The notes under the pieces: model-generated
What the model was told of the DNA's origin: nothing
Databases searched by the model: none
What the model saw: the letters and a program-made list of their open reading frames with translations, nothing else
From: a virus
Lineage: Duplodnaviria > Caudoviricetes
Strand: one strand, 5' to 3'
Virus record (IMG/VR): IMGVR_UViG_2900588628_000001
Span: 29,161-93,160 of that record
Length of the DNA: 64,000 nt
Shown here: piece by piece, positions 48,642-58,250 of the stretch
How positions within the stretch are numbered: position 1 is the first letter of the stretch
Layout: each line of letters starts with the position of its first letter
Translations under genes and position numbers: made by a program

Positions 48642-48795
48642 AGTATAGACATGCCTATGGTTTGTGACAAGCCGCACATAGATGCGTTTGTATCTGAGGG
48701 TATTGATTAATAAATGTCAGGAAATGTCTACCGGCCTTCCATAGACGCAACTTTCCGTGCTATAAGTGCGCCTGTAGGAACATAGATAAGCCTAT
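48642..48795. promoter_or_regulatory. PR/PRM-like control region with operators
   Basis: - strand TTGTCA-N17-TATACT (48670-48642) overlapped by ATAGACATGCCTAT (48645); ATAGATAAGCCTAT at 48782. Confidence 0.75.
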
Positions 48796-48831
48796 AAAAA
48801 GAATATTTCCGAGCCTATATTTGAGAGCCAC

Positions 48832-49578
48832 ATGACAAAGAAGAACGAGCGTCAGCCGTCGCCAAAGCTACAGCCGCCTAAACAACAGCGGTTAGGCGAC
48901 CGTATTCGGGAATGCAGAATTGAAAAGGAGTTGTCTCAGGGACAACTAGCCAAACTGGTAGGCGTCACACAGCCAACGCTATCGGCTTTGGAACAGAACA
49001 AATCACAAACCACCCACAGCATTGGCAAATACGCTCACGTCCTTGGTGTCTCTGCCTTATGGCTCGAAACAGGCATCGGAGAGAAACACCCTACCAATCA
49101 CCCCAAAGGATTGAGGCGCACCTTTGCACTCGATACCGAGCCCGAATTTAGAATCGAGTTCCTGGCTTCGTCGCGGGGCAGTTGCGGAGGGAACGCGGGC
49201 GGCAAGCCCGACGTAGAGGACATTCAAAAAGCTGTCGGCGCAGTTTTCAAAGACCAAACGTTTTTCGACCGGCTTGGAGTCAAGCCGGATGACGTTAGAG
49301 CCATCATCGCGGATGGCGACAGCGGGGCAAACTTCATCGTGCATGGGGACACCGTACTCATTCACACTACACAGACAGACCGATTAGAAAACGGCCTGAT
49401 CTATGTCCTCGATACACCGGACGGTCCTCGCTTAAAGAGAGTCTTTCGCCGCAGTGATGGTCACGTCATTCTCTCGTGCGATAACCCCGACAAAGTTCGC
49501 TATCCCGATGAAGACTACACAGCAGAAGCCGCTGCAGGCCTCATGCTCATCGGACGTTACATTTATCGTCAGGGCTAA
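48832..49578 (+). CDS. cI: CI-like repressor (Xre-HTH plus S24 peptidase)
   Basis: LSQGQLAKLVGVTQPTLSALE; GDS (Ser) and LKR (Lys) catalytic dyad. Confidence 0.9.
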   Translation: MTKKNERQPSPKLQPPKQQRLGDRIRECRIEKELSQGQLAKLVGVTQPTLSALEQNKSQTTHSIGKYAHVLGVSALWLETGIGEKHPTNHPKGLRRTFALDTEPEFRIEFLASSRGSCGGNAGGKPDVEDIQKAVGAVFKDQTFFDRLGVKPDDVRAIIADGDSGANFIVHGDTVLIHTTQTDRLENGLIYVLDTPDGPRLKRVFRRSDGHVILSCDNPDKVRYPDEDYTAEAAAGLMLIGRYIYRQG

Positions 49579-49636
49579 CATACATTCAGGTATTATTTAC
49601 TTACCAATGTGTTACGAGATGTGAATTTAACCACAT

Positions 49637-49663
49637 AAAAACGCCCGTTTGCGCGGGCGTTTT
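49637..49663. terminator. terminator after repressor
   Basis: AAAAACGCCCG-TTTGCG-CGGGCGTTTT. Confidence 0.75.
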
Positions 49664-49944
49664 GTATGAGGAATCCCCTATTTTTCAAGGGCATAAGTAA
49701 ACATCGGTAGTCCTTACCTGAGCCGTAATCTCGCAAACGGTTGCACCTTACTAGTGCCTTCCACTATGTGAGAATCGTTGTCGTATTCGTGACAGTAAGC
49801 TGGCTCACGTCCCCAATTGTTTGCTAACAGGTAACAAACAATTTCCTCATACGGCTGAAATAAATCAGCCCGTCATCCCCCTCTGTCTGTTCTTAGCAAC
49901 ACCCCCTTCCCTTCGCAAAAAAACCGGGTTTTTTTCTACACCTC

Positions 49945-50013
49945 ATCGACGTATCTATTGACGTCGATATAGACATGTCTATAAGATTCGCCCATAGACA
50001 TAACTATGTCTAT
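49945..50013 (+). promoter_or_regulatory. PL-like promoter with three operators
   Basis: TTGACG-N18-TAAGAT; operators at 49945, 49969 (perfect) and 49994. Confidence 0.8.
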
Positions 50014-50227
50014 ACCCGGAAACCTTACTTGGGGAGCGAACACATGTTGACGTTTGCAGTGACCGTAACGAACTGGGCAGGCATTGCGCGCCACTACACC
50101 ACGCGCGCCGCACATAGCTTTGACGCATGGGATGAGGCCGTAACGAAATTCGGCCTCTGCAAGATCCGCGTTACGCCCCAGTAAGGTCGCCCGGCCCTTT
50201 CCATCGCAACCACCACGCGAGACACAT

Positions 50228-51538
50228 ATGACGAACATGAGCGACGTTTCGGAAGTCATCGACGCGGCATCGCACGCCGACACCAACGAACTCGTAACGA
50301 CCGCGCTCGCGCGTGTCACCGAGCCCGCCGAACTCAAGATCACGCAACACCTCGACGTCCCGGCCACGGCCGCAGGCGGCGAAATCATCGAGGCTATCAA
50401 GCCGCTGCAATTCCCGGTTCGCGATGTTCATATCGCCGCGCTGCACTCGTTTCTTGACGGCATTCAGTTCGCCGTTGCAACGCCTGATGGCATGAAAGAG
50501 GCTAAAGGCGCGTATAGCAACCTCACCAAGCTGAAAAAGCTGGTGGAGGAAACCTACACGACGTGGAACACGCCGATTCGTGACCTGCAGGAGGATGCAC
50601 GCAACAAGCGCGATTACGTCATCGCGGAAGTGGACGCGATGCGCGCACCGATCAAAGAGCAGATTGACGCTCAGACGGCTATCGAAACGGCAGAACGCAA
50701 CAAAAAGGCGAAGGAAGAAAGCCAGCGCATCGAGGCGCACGTTGCGGCCGTCAAGGTGCTCACCGATATGCCAACGCAATATCTGTCCGCATCGTCGGAA
50801 ACCATCGAGCAGGTGATCGCCGAGATTTCCTCGATCGACTCTCTCTCGCGCCGCGACTGGCAGGAATACCTGCCCGCTGCAACGGATGCGATTCGCACCA
50901 ACATCGCGACGCTCAATCAACACCTCGAAAACGCCAAGGCGCGCGAGGAAGTGGCACGCATGCGCGCCGCACAGGATGAAGCCGACCGCGAAAACGAGCG
51001 CAAGGCAGCGCTGCGCGAGCGCATCCACAACATCGAGCTTGCGCCGACGACGGTTGCGGACGCAACGAGCGAAGCGATTCAGAAAAAGTTGAACCGGCTC
51101 GAACAGACCGACCCGTCCACGTTCGAGGAAATGGCAGCAGAAGCAACGGCCGCCATCGAGAACACGCGCAACGTCCTGCAAACGATGCTCGATGCCGCGT
51201 TGAAAAATGAATCGGCAGCACGCCAGGCAGCAGAGGACGCGGCCGAACTCGCCGCACTGCGCGCGGAAAAGGCGCAACGCGAGCAGGCGGCAGCGACGGC
51301 CGCAGAGAACGCCGCACGCGAGCAGCGCGAGGCAACAGAGCGTAAAGAGCGCGAGGATCGCGAGGAAGCGGAGCGCATCGAGCGGGAAAAGCAGGAAGCC
51401 GCACGCGTCGCGCGCGAACGCGCCGAGGCCGTGGCGGAAACGCTGCTCGCGCTGCTGATCGAAGCACGCGCGCATGTTCCGGCCGGTGACCTCGCCGACC
51501 GCATCGACACCGCCGTTGCATCCGCACAAGGGGAGTAA
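50228..51538 (+). CDS. long coiled-coil protein of the recombination operon
   Basis: 436 aa, Ala/Glu/Arg-rich helical sequence; precedes the annealase. Confidence 0.75.
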   Translation: MTNMSDVSEVIDAASHADTNELVTTALARVTEPAELKITQHLDVPATAAGGEIIEAIKPLQFPVRDVHIAALHSFLDGIQFAVATPDGMKEAKGAYSNLTKLKKLVEETYTTWNTPIRDLQEDARNKRDYVIAEVDAMRAPIKEQIDAQTAIETAERNKKAKEESQRIEAHVAAVKVLTDMPTQYLSASSETIEQVIAEISSIDSLSRRDWQEYLPAATDAIRTNIATLNQHLENAKAREEVARMRAAQDEADRENERKAALRERIHNIELAPTTVADATSEAIQKKLNRLEQTDPSTFEEMAAEATAAIENTRNVLQTMLDAALKNESAARQAAEDAAELAALRAEKAQREQAAATAAENAAREQREATERKEREDREEAERIEREKQEAARVARERAEAVAETLLALLIEARAHVPAGDLADRIDTAVASAQGE

Positions 51539-51543
51539 GCACC

Positions 51544-52347
51544 ATGAATGCACCACTCGAACTGACGCAAGAGCGCGCTTTCCCGGCTCTCGATTTCAAC
51601 CTTATCCCCGCGACGCCGGGCGGCCACATGGGCGATTTTTTCGCAGCCCTCGCGGCGGCGCAGGGCGCGTTCGAACAGATCCAGAAAAACAAGGATGCGC
51701 GCATCAAGCCGAAAGACGCGACGAAGCAGGCCTACACATTCAAGTACGCCGACCTCGCCGAAATTCTCGACAAGACCAAGGCCGGGCGCACGTCCAACAA
51801 TCTCGCGCTCACGCAACTGGTGACCAACAAGTCGAGCGATCAGGGCGGTGTGATGATCCGCACGATTCTCGGACACAGCAGCGGCGCGCGCATGGAGTCG
51901 GTGCTCGACGTCCCACGCGGGCGCGAGGGCGAGGTGAAGGATTTTGGCGCGTACATCACTTATCTGCGCCGCTACATCGTCGGGCCGATGTTGGGCGTGT
52001 CCGCTGATGATGACCTTGATGACAACGGCGACGGCATGCCGGGCGACGAAGAACCGACCATGCGCGGCTACATTCCACCGTCGGTCGGCAACCCCGCGCC
52101 CTCGAACCCGGCCGAGTCTCCCATTCTGCGCGACGCCAAAAGCGTGAAGGAACTCACGACGGCGTTCAACAAGTTCTCGTCGGAAAACAAGGACCGTTAC
52201 CGCGCGCACTATGAACGCCTGCTTGAAGCACTGGACACGCCGATGAACAACAATCCCACCGCGACCGGCAAGAGCGCTACGAACGGCAAGCCCGCAGCAA
52301 CGGCAGCGGCACCGGCGCAGCAAGTCCCGAAAAAGGATGACCTGTGA
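51544..52347 (+). CDS. erf: ERF-family single-strand annealing protein
   Basis: ALAAAQG...FKYADL...GAYITYLRRY...GVSADDDLD. Confidence 0.88.
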   Translation: MNAPLELTQERAFPALDFNLIPATPGGHMGDFFAALAAAQGAFEQIQKNKDARIKPKDATKQAYTFKYADLAEILDKTKAGRTSNNLALTQLVTNKSSDQGGVMIRTILGHSSGARMESVLDVPRGREGEVKDFGAYITYLRRYIVGPMLGVSADDDLDDNGDGMPGDEEPTMRGYIPPSVGNPAPSNPAESPILRDAKSVKELTTAFNKFSSENKDRYRAHYERLLEALDTPMNNNPTATGKSATNGKPAATAAAPAQQVPKKDDL

Positions 52348-53051
52348 TCGAACTCGCCTGCGATCAGGGCACGCCCGAATGGCACGCGTCGCGTGCTGGC
52401 GTCATCACCGCCAGCATGTTTTCGACCGCCCGCAAATTCAAGGCGAGTGGCGAAAGCAGCGAGACGGCTAAGAACTACGCTTTCCGTCTCGCCATCGAGC
52501 GTATCAGCGGTGTGCCGCTCGATGAGGGTCACGAGACATGGCAAATGAAGCGCGGCCAACGTCTCGAACCTGAGGCGCGCGACCATCACATGCAGGACAT
52601 TGGCCGCCGCGTGCGGCAGGTGGGCCTCGTGCTCACCGATGACCGCAAGTTTGGCGCGAGCGCGGACGGAGCCATCGACAACGACCCTGAGGGCGACGGC
52701 GGCAGCGAATACAAGTGCCTCGTGAGCCCGCTTGAACTGCGCAGGATCTATCTGGACTACGACTACGGCAAGTTCGAGGATCAGGTGATGGGCGGCTTGT
52801 GGATCACGAACAAACGCTGGTGGGATTTTTGTGTCTACTGCCCCGCCATGCGCGCGGTCAACGGCCATTTCGTGCGCTGGCGCGTGCGCCGCGATGAGAA
52901 CTACATCGACACGATGGTGCGCGACCTGCTCGCGTTCGACAACCTCGTTGAGGAATACCGCCTCAAGCTGGTTCAACGCTTCCAGGGTGATCCGGCCGCA
53001 CTCGCCGAGGCCGCCGCCCTGCTCGACCCGCTCGCGTCCGGCGCATACTGA
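52344..53051 (+). CDS. YqaJ/lambda-exonuclease family protein
   Basis: QGTPEWHASRAGVITAS...GASADG...EYKC. Confidence 0.9.
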   Translation: MIELACDQGTPEWHASRAGVITASMFSTARKFKASGESSETAKNYAFRLAIERISGVPLDEGHETWQMKRGQRLEPEARDHHMQDIGRRVRQVGLVLTDDRKFGASADGAIDNDPEGDGGSEYKCLVSPLELRRIYLDYDYGKFEDQVMGGLWITNKRWWDFCVYCPAMRAVNGHFVRWRVRRDENYIDTMVRDLLAFDNLVEEYRLKLVQRFQGDPAALAEAAALLDPLASGAY

Positions 53052-53157
53052 TTTTCTCTGATGTTGCAGTTATAGCCTAATCACTCATACCAGTTGGTAT
53101 CAGTGACATGTGACCCGGTAACGGGTCACGCAACCTTAAATAAACTGGACACACGTT

Positions 53158-54336
53158 ATGTGGTTTCGCAATCTCACCCTGTACTCGTTTTCGGACATGC
53201 CCGGCATAGACGGCCTCAACGAAGCGCTCGCGCGCCAGCGCTACGCGCCGTGCACGGACGTGCAGCACGAATCGTCGGGCTTCGTCGCCCCGCGTGGCGA
53301 GGATGCCTCGCTTGTGTTCGCCGTCGATAAGCACCTGATGATCGCGCTGTGCGTCGAGAAAAAGGTGCTGCCCGCGCCCGTCGTGCGCGATGAGCTTGCC
53401 AAGCGCCTCGCCGAGGTCGAGAAAAATCAGGGCTTCAAACCCGGCCGCAAACAGAAAGCCGAGATCCGCGAGGACGTCACGGACGCCCTGCTCTCGCAGG
53501 CGTTCTCAGTGCGCCGCACGGTGCGCGCGTGGATCGACATGGATGCCAGGCTGATCGCTCTCGATACGGCCTCGCAAACGGCCGCTGATCGCTTTGTGAC
53601 GCACCTGATCCGCGCGTTCGAAAGCGACATTGGCCTGCGCAAGCTGCAAACCGTGAAATCGGCCGTGGTGGCGATGACGGCATGGGTCGCCGACGAACCG
53701 CCGTTCGCCTTCACCATTGACGATGACACGACGTTTGCGGGCAACAACGGCGGCGCAGTGACCTACTCGAAAGTCAGCATCGAGCAAGAGGACGTCACGC
53801 GGCAAATCGAATCGGGCAAGTACGTCACGCGCCTCGCGCTCACGCACGCCGAACGCCTCTCGTTCGTGTTTTCGTCGGGTTTCGTGCTGCGCCGCATCGC
53901 GCCGCTCGACGTGCTCAAAGAGCCGGGCGGCAAGGATGAGCCGTCGGCCGCCGCCGATTTCCTGCTGCTGGCCGCTACCCTCGCATCCCTCGTGCGTGCG
54001 CTCATCGACTCGCTCGACGGCATCGCCACGGCCGCCGACCTGGCCGACGAACCGGACACCGGCGAGGCCGACACCGCTGACGTCGATGCAACGGGCGAGC
54101 CCGCGCAGGACGGCGTCGAGCCGCCGCCCGCCTACGTCTATGACGACTCGCTGTGCGAACAGGCGAAAACCATCGTGATCGGCCATCGTCGCGCGTCAAT
54201 CTCGCTCGTGCAGCGGCACCTGCGCATCGGCTATAACCGGGCCGCCGCGATTCTGGAGGAACTGGAAAAGGCAGGCATCGTCAGCCCGATGACGACGGGC
54301 AGCGAGCGCCGCGTGCTCGTGAGCGGGGTGAAGTGA
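53158..54336 (+). CDS. rdgC: RdgC fused to a C-terminal FtsK-gamma domain
   Basis: MWFRNLTLY...EKKVLPAPVV RdgC signature; C-terminal ASISLVQRHLRIGYNRAAAILEELEKAGIVS. Confidence 0.9.
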   Translation: MWFRNLTLYSFSDMPGIDGLNEALARQRYAPCTDVQHESSGFVAPRGEDASLVFAVDKHLMIALCVEKKVLPAPVVRDELAKRLAEVEKNQGFKPGRKQKAEIREDVTDALLSQAFSVRRTVRAWIDMDARLIALDTASQTAADRFVTHLIRAFESDIGLRKLQTVKSAVVAMTAWVADEPPFAFTIDDDTTFAGNNGGAVTYSKVSIEQEDVTRQIESGKYVTRLALTHAERLSFVFSSGFVLRRIAPLDVLKEPGGKDEPSAAADFLLLAATLASLVRALIDSLDGIATAADLADEPDTGEADTADVDATGEPAQDGVEPPPAYVYDDSLCEQAKTIVIGHRRASISLVQRHLRIGYNRAAAILEELEKAGIVSPMTTGSERRVLVSGVK

Positions 54337-55223
54337 TGACGAACCTTGTCAGCCTGAAAAAGATCGCCGAGAGCAAGGATCAGACGGCCATCGGCATCAA
54401 GAAAGTGACGGATTACATGCTGGACCCGCGCGCGATCAGCATCAAGCCGGGTTTCAACGCACGCGACATGGGCAACATGAGCCCGCGCACGCGCCAGCAC
54501 GTCGATAACATCAAGGCGGCCATCCGCGCCAATGAGGTTATGCCGCCGCTTGACGTGCGCGTTGAGGGCGACAAGATCTACGTGGTGGAGGGTCACTGCC
54601 GCCTCGTGGCGAATCACGAACTGATCGCGGAAGGCATGGAAATCATGCTCGTGCATGTGCGCCAGTTCAACGGCAACGACGAAGACGCGGATTTTCACGT
54701 CCTCAACAGCGCGAATCAGTTGCACCTCACGCGGCTCGAACAGGGCAGAAAGTACAAGGGGCGCGTCAGCCTTGGATGGACGGTCGCACAGATTGCCGAG
54801 CGAGCGCGTGTTTCGCCCAGTTACGTCGAGCAAAATCTCATGCTGGCGAACGCCGATTCCGACGTGCAGCGCATGCTCGAACACGACGTTGTATCGGCGA
54901 AAGTAGCGATTGCCGCCATCCGCAAACACGGCGCAAAAGCCGGTGCTTACCTGCAAAGCATTGTCGATGGCACCAACGGCAAGGTCACGCCGAGCAAGGC
55001 GGCGGCCCCTACATTCACGCCGAAACTGGGCGCACGCGCGGCCGATTCGATTGCCGGTTTGTTCAGCAATTTTAAGCCTAGCAGCCTGCCCCTTCTGCGC
55101 ACAGCACACCCTGATGAGGTGATTGCTGTTCGCGCGGCAGACCTGCAAGCGCTGCTCGCGATCCATGATGCGCACCTCGAAAAGGCCTCGCGCAAGAGCG
55201 AAAAGCAAAAGGAGGCAGCGTAA
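54333..55223 (+). CDS. ParB/Srx-N-domain plus HTH protein
   Basis: PGFNAR...PPLDV...VVEGHCR; GWTVAQIAER. Confidence 0.8.
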   Translation: MMTNLVSLKKIAESKDQTAIGIKKVTDYMLDPRAISIKPGFNARDMGNMSPRTRQHVDNIKAAIRANEVMPPLDVRVEGDKIYVVEGHCRLVANHELIAEGMEIMLVHVRQFNGNDEDADFHVLNSANQLHLTRLEQGRKYKGRVSLGWTVAQIAERARVSPSYVEQNLMLANADSDVQRMLEHDVVSAKVAIAAIRKHGAKAGAYLQSIVDGTNGKVTPSKAAAPTFTPKLGARAADSIAGLFSNFKPSSLPLLRTAHPDEVIAVRAADLQALLAIHDAHLEKASRKSEKQKEAA

Positions 55224-55652
55224 ATGCCCGTCGTGACTACCGACGGAATCGAAGTGTCCGTCGAGCAGCGCGACGCATGGCAATGCCCGTCACATGGCGC
55301 GGGCACGCCTTTGCGGCTGTTCGGTACGACACTGCATTGCGTGTTATGCGGCGAGCAATGCGAAGTCCGGCCGTCGGTTATCGCCGCCAAACGCCACAAC
55401 ATGCGAGCCCATATCGTGCCGAAAAATGGATGCCACAACCGCCTGGAAGGGCGGCCTTTCTATCTCGCGCAGGATGGATATAGCACCTTCCTGCAGCCCG
55501 ACGGCAGCTATATCCGCTCGCCGAATTGGGTAAAGGTTCAGGACAATGTCATGTCGAAAGACTGCCGCCACAGCCTACTTTCTGACGATCCGGGTTGCGC
55601 CGGATGCCACCACAACCAATGGGGCAAAACCCCAACTGGGGACACAAAATGA
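55224..55652 (+). CDS. Cys-rich hypothetical protein
   Basis: AAGGAGG RBS; multiple Cys pairs. Confidence 0.65.
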   Translation: MPVVTTDGIEVSVEQRDAWQCPSHGAGTPLRLFGTTLHCVLCGEQCEVRPSVIAAKRHNMRAHIVPKNGCHNRLEGRPFYLAQDGYSTFLQPDGSYIRSPNWVKVQDNVMSKDCRHSLLSDDPGCAGCHHNQWGKTPTGDTK

Positions 55653-55852
55653 AGCGCATTATTCAAGCACTTCCCACATGCCTGATCGCGGTCGCTGGCG
55701 CGTTCGCGCTGCTCGTGTTGCAGGCCCGGCTCGACCCGCCGCCGCCCGCTGATCCGTGCAAAACGTCCGCCCTACCCCACCAATCCAACGGGCTTCTGAC
55801 GGCCTCACATCACTTCTCATGCGGGCCTGCCCGGCCTGAAATGAAGGCCTGA
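55649..55852 (+). CDS. small membrane-anchored protein
   Basis: ATGA-coupled; N-terminal hydrophobic helix. Confidence 0.5.
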   Translation: MKRIIQALPTCLIAVAGAFALLVLQARLDPPPPADPCKTSALPHQSNGLLTASHHFSCGPARPEMKA

Positions 55853-55895
55853 TGCCCCTTCCTGTATTGCCTCACCTGTACGCATAACGTGGGAC

Positions 55896-56366
55896 TGATA
55901 CCAGTTGGTATCAAACACACGTTATGCCCTGCCTCAACACCTCGCCTGATCGAACGCGGCGCGCGTCACTGATACCAGTTGGTATTAGACACACCAGACC
56001 TTTTTCTATTTGTCCCCGTCTAGGGTGCTCTTACCTGTTTATTTTTTATTGCCTCGCATTTGGTCCAAGCCGCTTCAATGTGTTTTTGTTTGTTTTGAAC
56101 AAACTCAAGCACTATTGAACGGGCCAAACCATGTCTAAACCTATCAAATAGGTTCTTTTTGCTCATTGTTTGTTGAGTTGCGCTTGTATTGGACCCGATC
56201 CAGACCGTAAAGAGCAGGCAACACCCGAAAAGAACAGAAAAAAGGAAATCCGTTGCTTTTGGCCGTAATCCTGTGTCGTGTTGCGGGTTCGCGTAGGGTT
56301 TAGACAGAGAAAGTCAGAAAACGTCTGAAACCCCTTGCGGTGCGGGCGTGATACCAGTTGGTATCA
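55896..56366. repeat. 18-bp palindromes TGATACCAGTTGGTATCA (candidate centromere/parS)
   Basis: Copies at 55896, 55970 (1 mismatch) and 56349; a fourth at ~53085 upstream of rdgC. Confidence 0.7.
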
Positions 56367-56438
56367 ATCACACTCGCATCAACCATATGTGTCATGTTCC
56401 CGTCGCCTCACAAACCATATAGGGCGGGGCTATCCGGC

Positions 56439-56467
56439 TTGTAGTGACATAGATAAATCAATACACT
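56439..56467 (+). promoter_or_regulatory. parA promoter
   Basis: TTGTAG-N17-TACACT. Confidence 0.55.
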
Positions 56468-56499
56468 GCGCGACATACCAAACCAATAGAGGTCGCGTC

Positions 56500-57159
56500 A
56501 TGTCGATTACCGTCGTAGCTCACCCGAAAGGAGGCGTGAGCAAAACAACCACCGCCGTCAACCTCGCTGTCATGGCCATGTCGGCCGGGCGCGACGTCCT
56601 GCTGGTGGATAGCGACACCGGGCAATCGGCACGCCGGTTTGCCAGCAAGCGCGCGAAAGCGCCCGGTTTGCCCTTTGTCGAGTGCGTGCCGCTGTTCGAC
56701 AACGATGGCGACTACCACCGCCAGCTATCCGCGCTGGCCGCACGCCATGATGAGGTCATTGTGGACGTGGGCGGCGAAGGGCAGGGCGCGCGGGAAATCC
56801 GCCTCGCGCTGACCGTCGCGCATCGCGTGCTGACGCCGTGCCGCCCGTCGCCCGCCGACATTGAGCGACTCGACATGATGCACGGCATGGTCGAACTGGC
56901 CCGCGACCTGAATCCCGGCCTCGATGCAATGCTGTTCCCGGTTCAGGCATCGACCAACGCCAAAGCGACCGACGTGGACACGTTCTACGAAAAAGCCGTC
57001 AAGTTCCCGCAATTCCGCCTGCTCGATTCCGTCGTGTGCATGCGCGACGCCTACAAGCCGTGGGCCGACACCGGCGAGGCGGTATTCGAACAGGCCAAGC
57101 TGGACAAAAAAGCGATGGCCGAAATGACCAAACTGTACAAAGAGGTTTTCAATGGCTGA
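56500..57159 (+). CDS. parA: type Ib ParA partition ATPase
   Basis: Deviant Walker A KGGVSKTT; LLVDSD; VIVDVG; no N-terminal HTH; GAGG RBS before ATG 56500. Confidence 0.92.
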   Translation: MSITVVAHPKGGVSKTTTAVNLAVMAMSAGRDVLLVDSDTGQSARRFASKRAKAPGLPFVECVPLFDNDGDYHRQLSALAARHDEVIVDVGGEGQGAREIRLALTVAHRVLTPCRPSPADIERLDMMHGMVELARDLNPGLDAMLFPVQASTNAKATDVDTFYEKAVKFPQFRLLDSVVCMRDAYKPWADTGEAVFEQAKLDKKAMAEMTKLYKEVFNG

Positions 57160-57697
57160 ACTGTCCGAAAAGGAAAAGCGGCAGGCCGCCGCCCGCGAGG
57201 CCGCCCGCGAAAAGCGGATTCTGGAGTTTGCCGACGGGGCGAACGCCCGTCCGGCATCGGTCGCGCCCGTTATCGCGCCCGTACCGGCCGCCGCGCCCAT
57301 TCCTGAGCCCGCAGCCCCGGCGGACGCGGAAAAGGCCGCTGAGAGCCCCGCAGAGGCCGCCGCAGCGCCCGCCGAGCCTCAGGCCGTCGCCGACACCCCG
57401 CAGGCCGCTGGAGAGGCCGCCAGCGCGCCCGCCGCGCCCGCCGCCGATGCCGAGGCACCGGCCGCCGCGCCCAAGCCCGCCAGCAAGGGCAAAAAGGGCA
57501 AGGACGCCGGTTTGCCGTGGGCGGACGCTCATCCGCGCGTCAAGGTCAACTTTTCGACCCAGTTTAGTGAAGAACAGCACATGAAACTGACCTGGCTGAC
57601 TGAGAATATGACCGGCCGCCAGTCGATCCAGAAACTCGTGCATGAGGCCGTGGACGCGTTGCTCGACAAGCGGATCAAGGAGATTCTGAAATCATGA
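57152..57697 (+). CDS. ParG/StbC-like RHH centromere-binding protein 1
   Basis: Disordered Ala/Pro N-part; PWADAHPRVKVNFSTQFSEEQHMKLTWL...SIQK. Confidence 0.7.
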   Translation: MAELSEKEKRQAAAREAAREKRILEFADGANARPASVAPVIAPVPAAAPIPEPAAPADAEKAAESPAEAAAAPAEPQAVADTPQAAGEAASAPAAPAADAEAPAAAPKPASKGKKGKDAGLPWADAHPRVKVNFSTQFSEEQHMKLTWLTENMTGRQSIQKLVHEAVDALLDKRIKEILKS

Positions 57698-58092
57698 GAT
57701 ACGCCCTGAAACCCGGCTTTCAGTTCCGGCCTGAGGATCTAGTGCAGGTGCCCGATGGCGAGCCGATGCCCGCCGACCTCGCGCCGCTGCCTGAGCGCGT
57801 GCTGCCGTTCGAGGTCGCACCGGCCGCGCCGCGCGCGCGCCGCGCCGGTCCTGAGGCGTCTGCAGGGCAGGGCAGGCTCGATCTGCGCGCGAAGCCTCGC
57901 AGGCCGTGGGAGGACGCACATCCCAAGGTCACGAAGCCGTTCAACCTGCGCCCGACAGAAGAACTGCACGCAAAGCTGAAATGGCTCGCGGAGCACATGC
58001 CGAACACGTCGATGCAAAAAATCGCCATGCAGGGTATTGAGGAAATCGTTGATCGCCTGATCGCGGTCTATGACACGCCGGAACGCGACTAA
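57694..58092 (+). CDS. ParG/StbC-like RHH protein 2 (paralog)
   Basis: PWEDAHPKVTKPFNLRPTEELHAKLKWL...SMQK. Confidence 0.7.
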   Translation: MRYALKPGFQFRPEDLVQVPDGEPMPADLAPLPERVLPFEVAPAAPRARRAGPEASAGQGRLDLRAKPRRPWEDAHPKVTKPFNLRPTEELHAKLKWLAEHMPNTSMQKIAMQGIEEIVDRLIAVYDTPERD

Positions 58093-58111
58093 GATAGATA
58101 CGTCTATCGTC

Positions 58112-58149
58112 AAGCCCGACACTCGCAAGAGGTCGGGCTTTTTGTTTTT
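58112..58149 (+). terminator. terminator of par operon
   Basis: AAGCCCGAC...GTCGGGCTT followed by T-run. Confidence 0.8.
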
Positions 58150-58250
58150 TGGGGTTCGGTTTTAGGGAAGTCTCTGAAAGAGACAACAACAGGGGTTGTT
58201 GTTGTTTTTAAGTAAACAACATCTTTAAAACCTTTAGGCGGCTCAAAGCC

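Noticed and set aside
54333-55223. Cognate ParB of the parA operon
   Set aside because: It lies in the recombination operon upstream of and separate from parA, which has its own RHH partners; treated as a phage ParB-like protein of unknown role.
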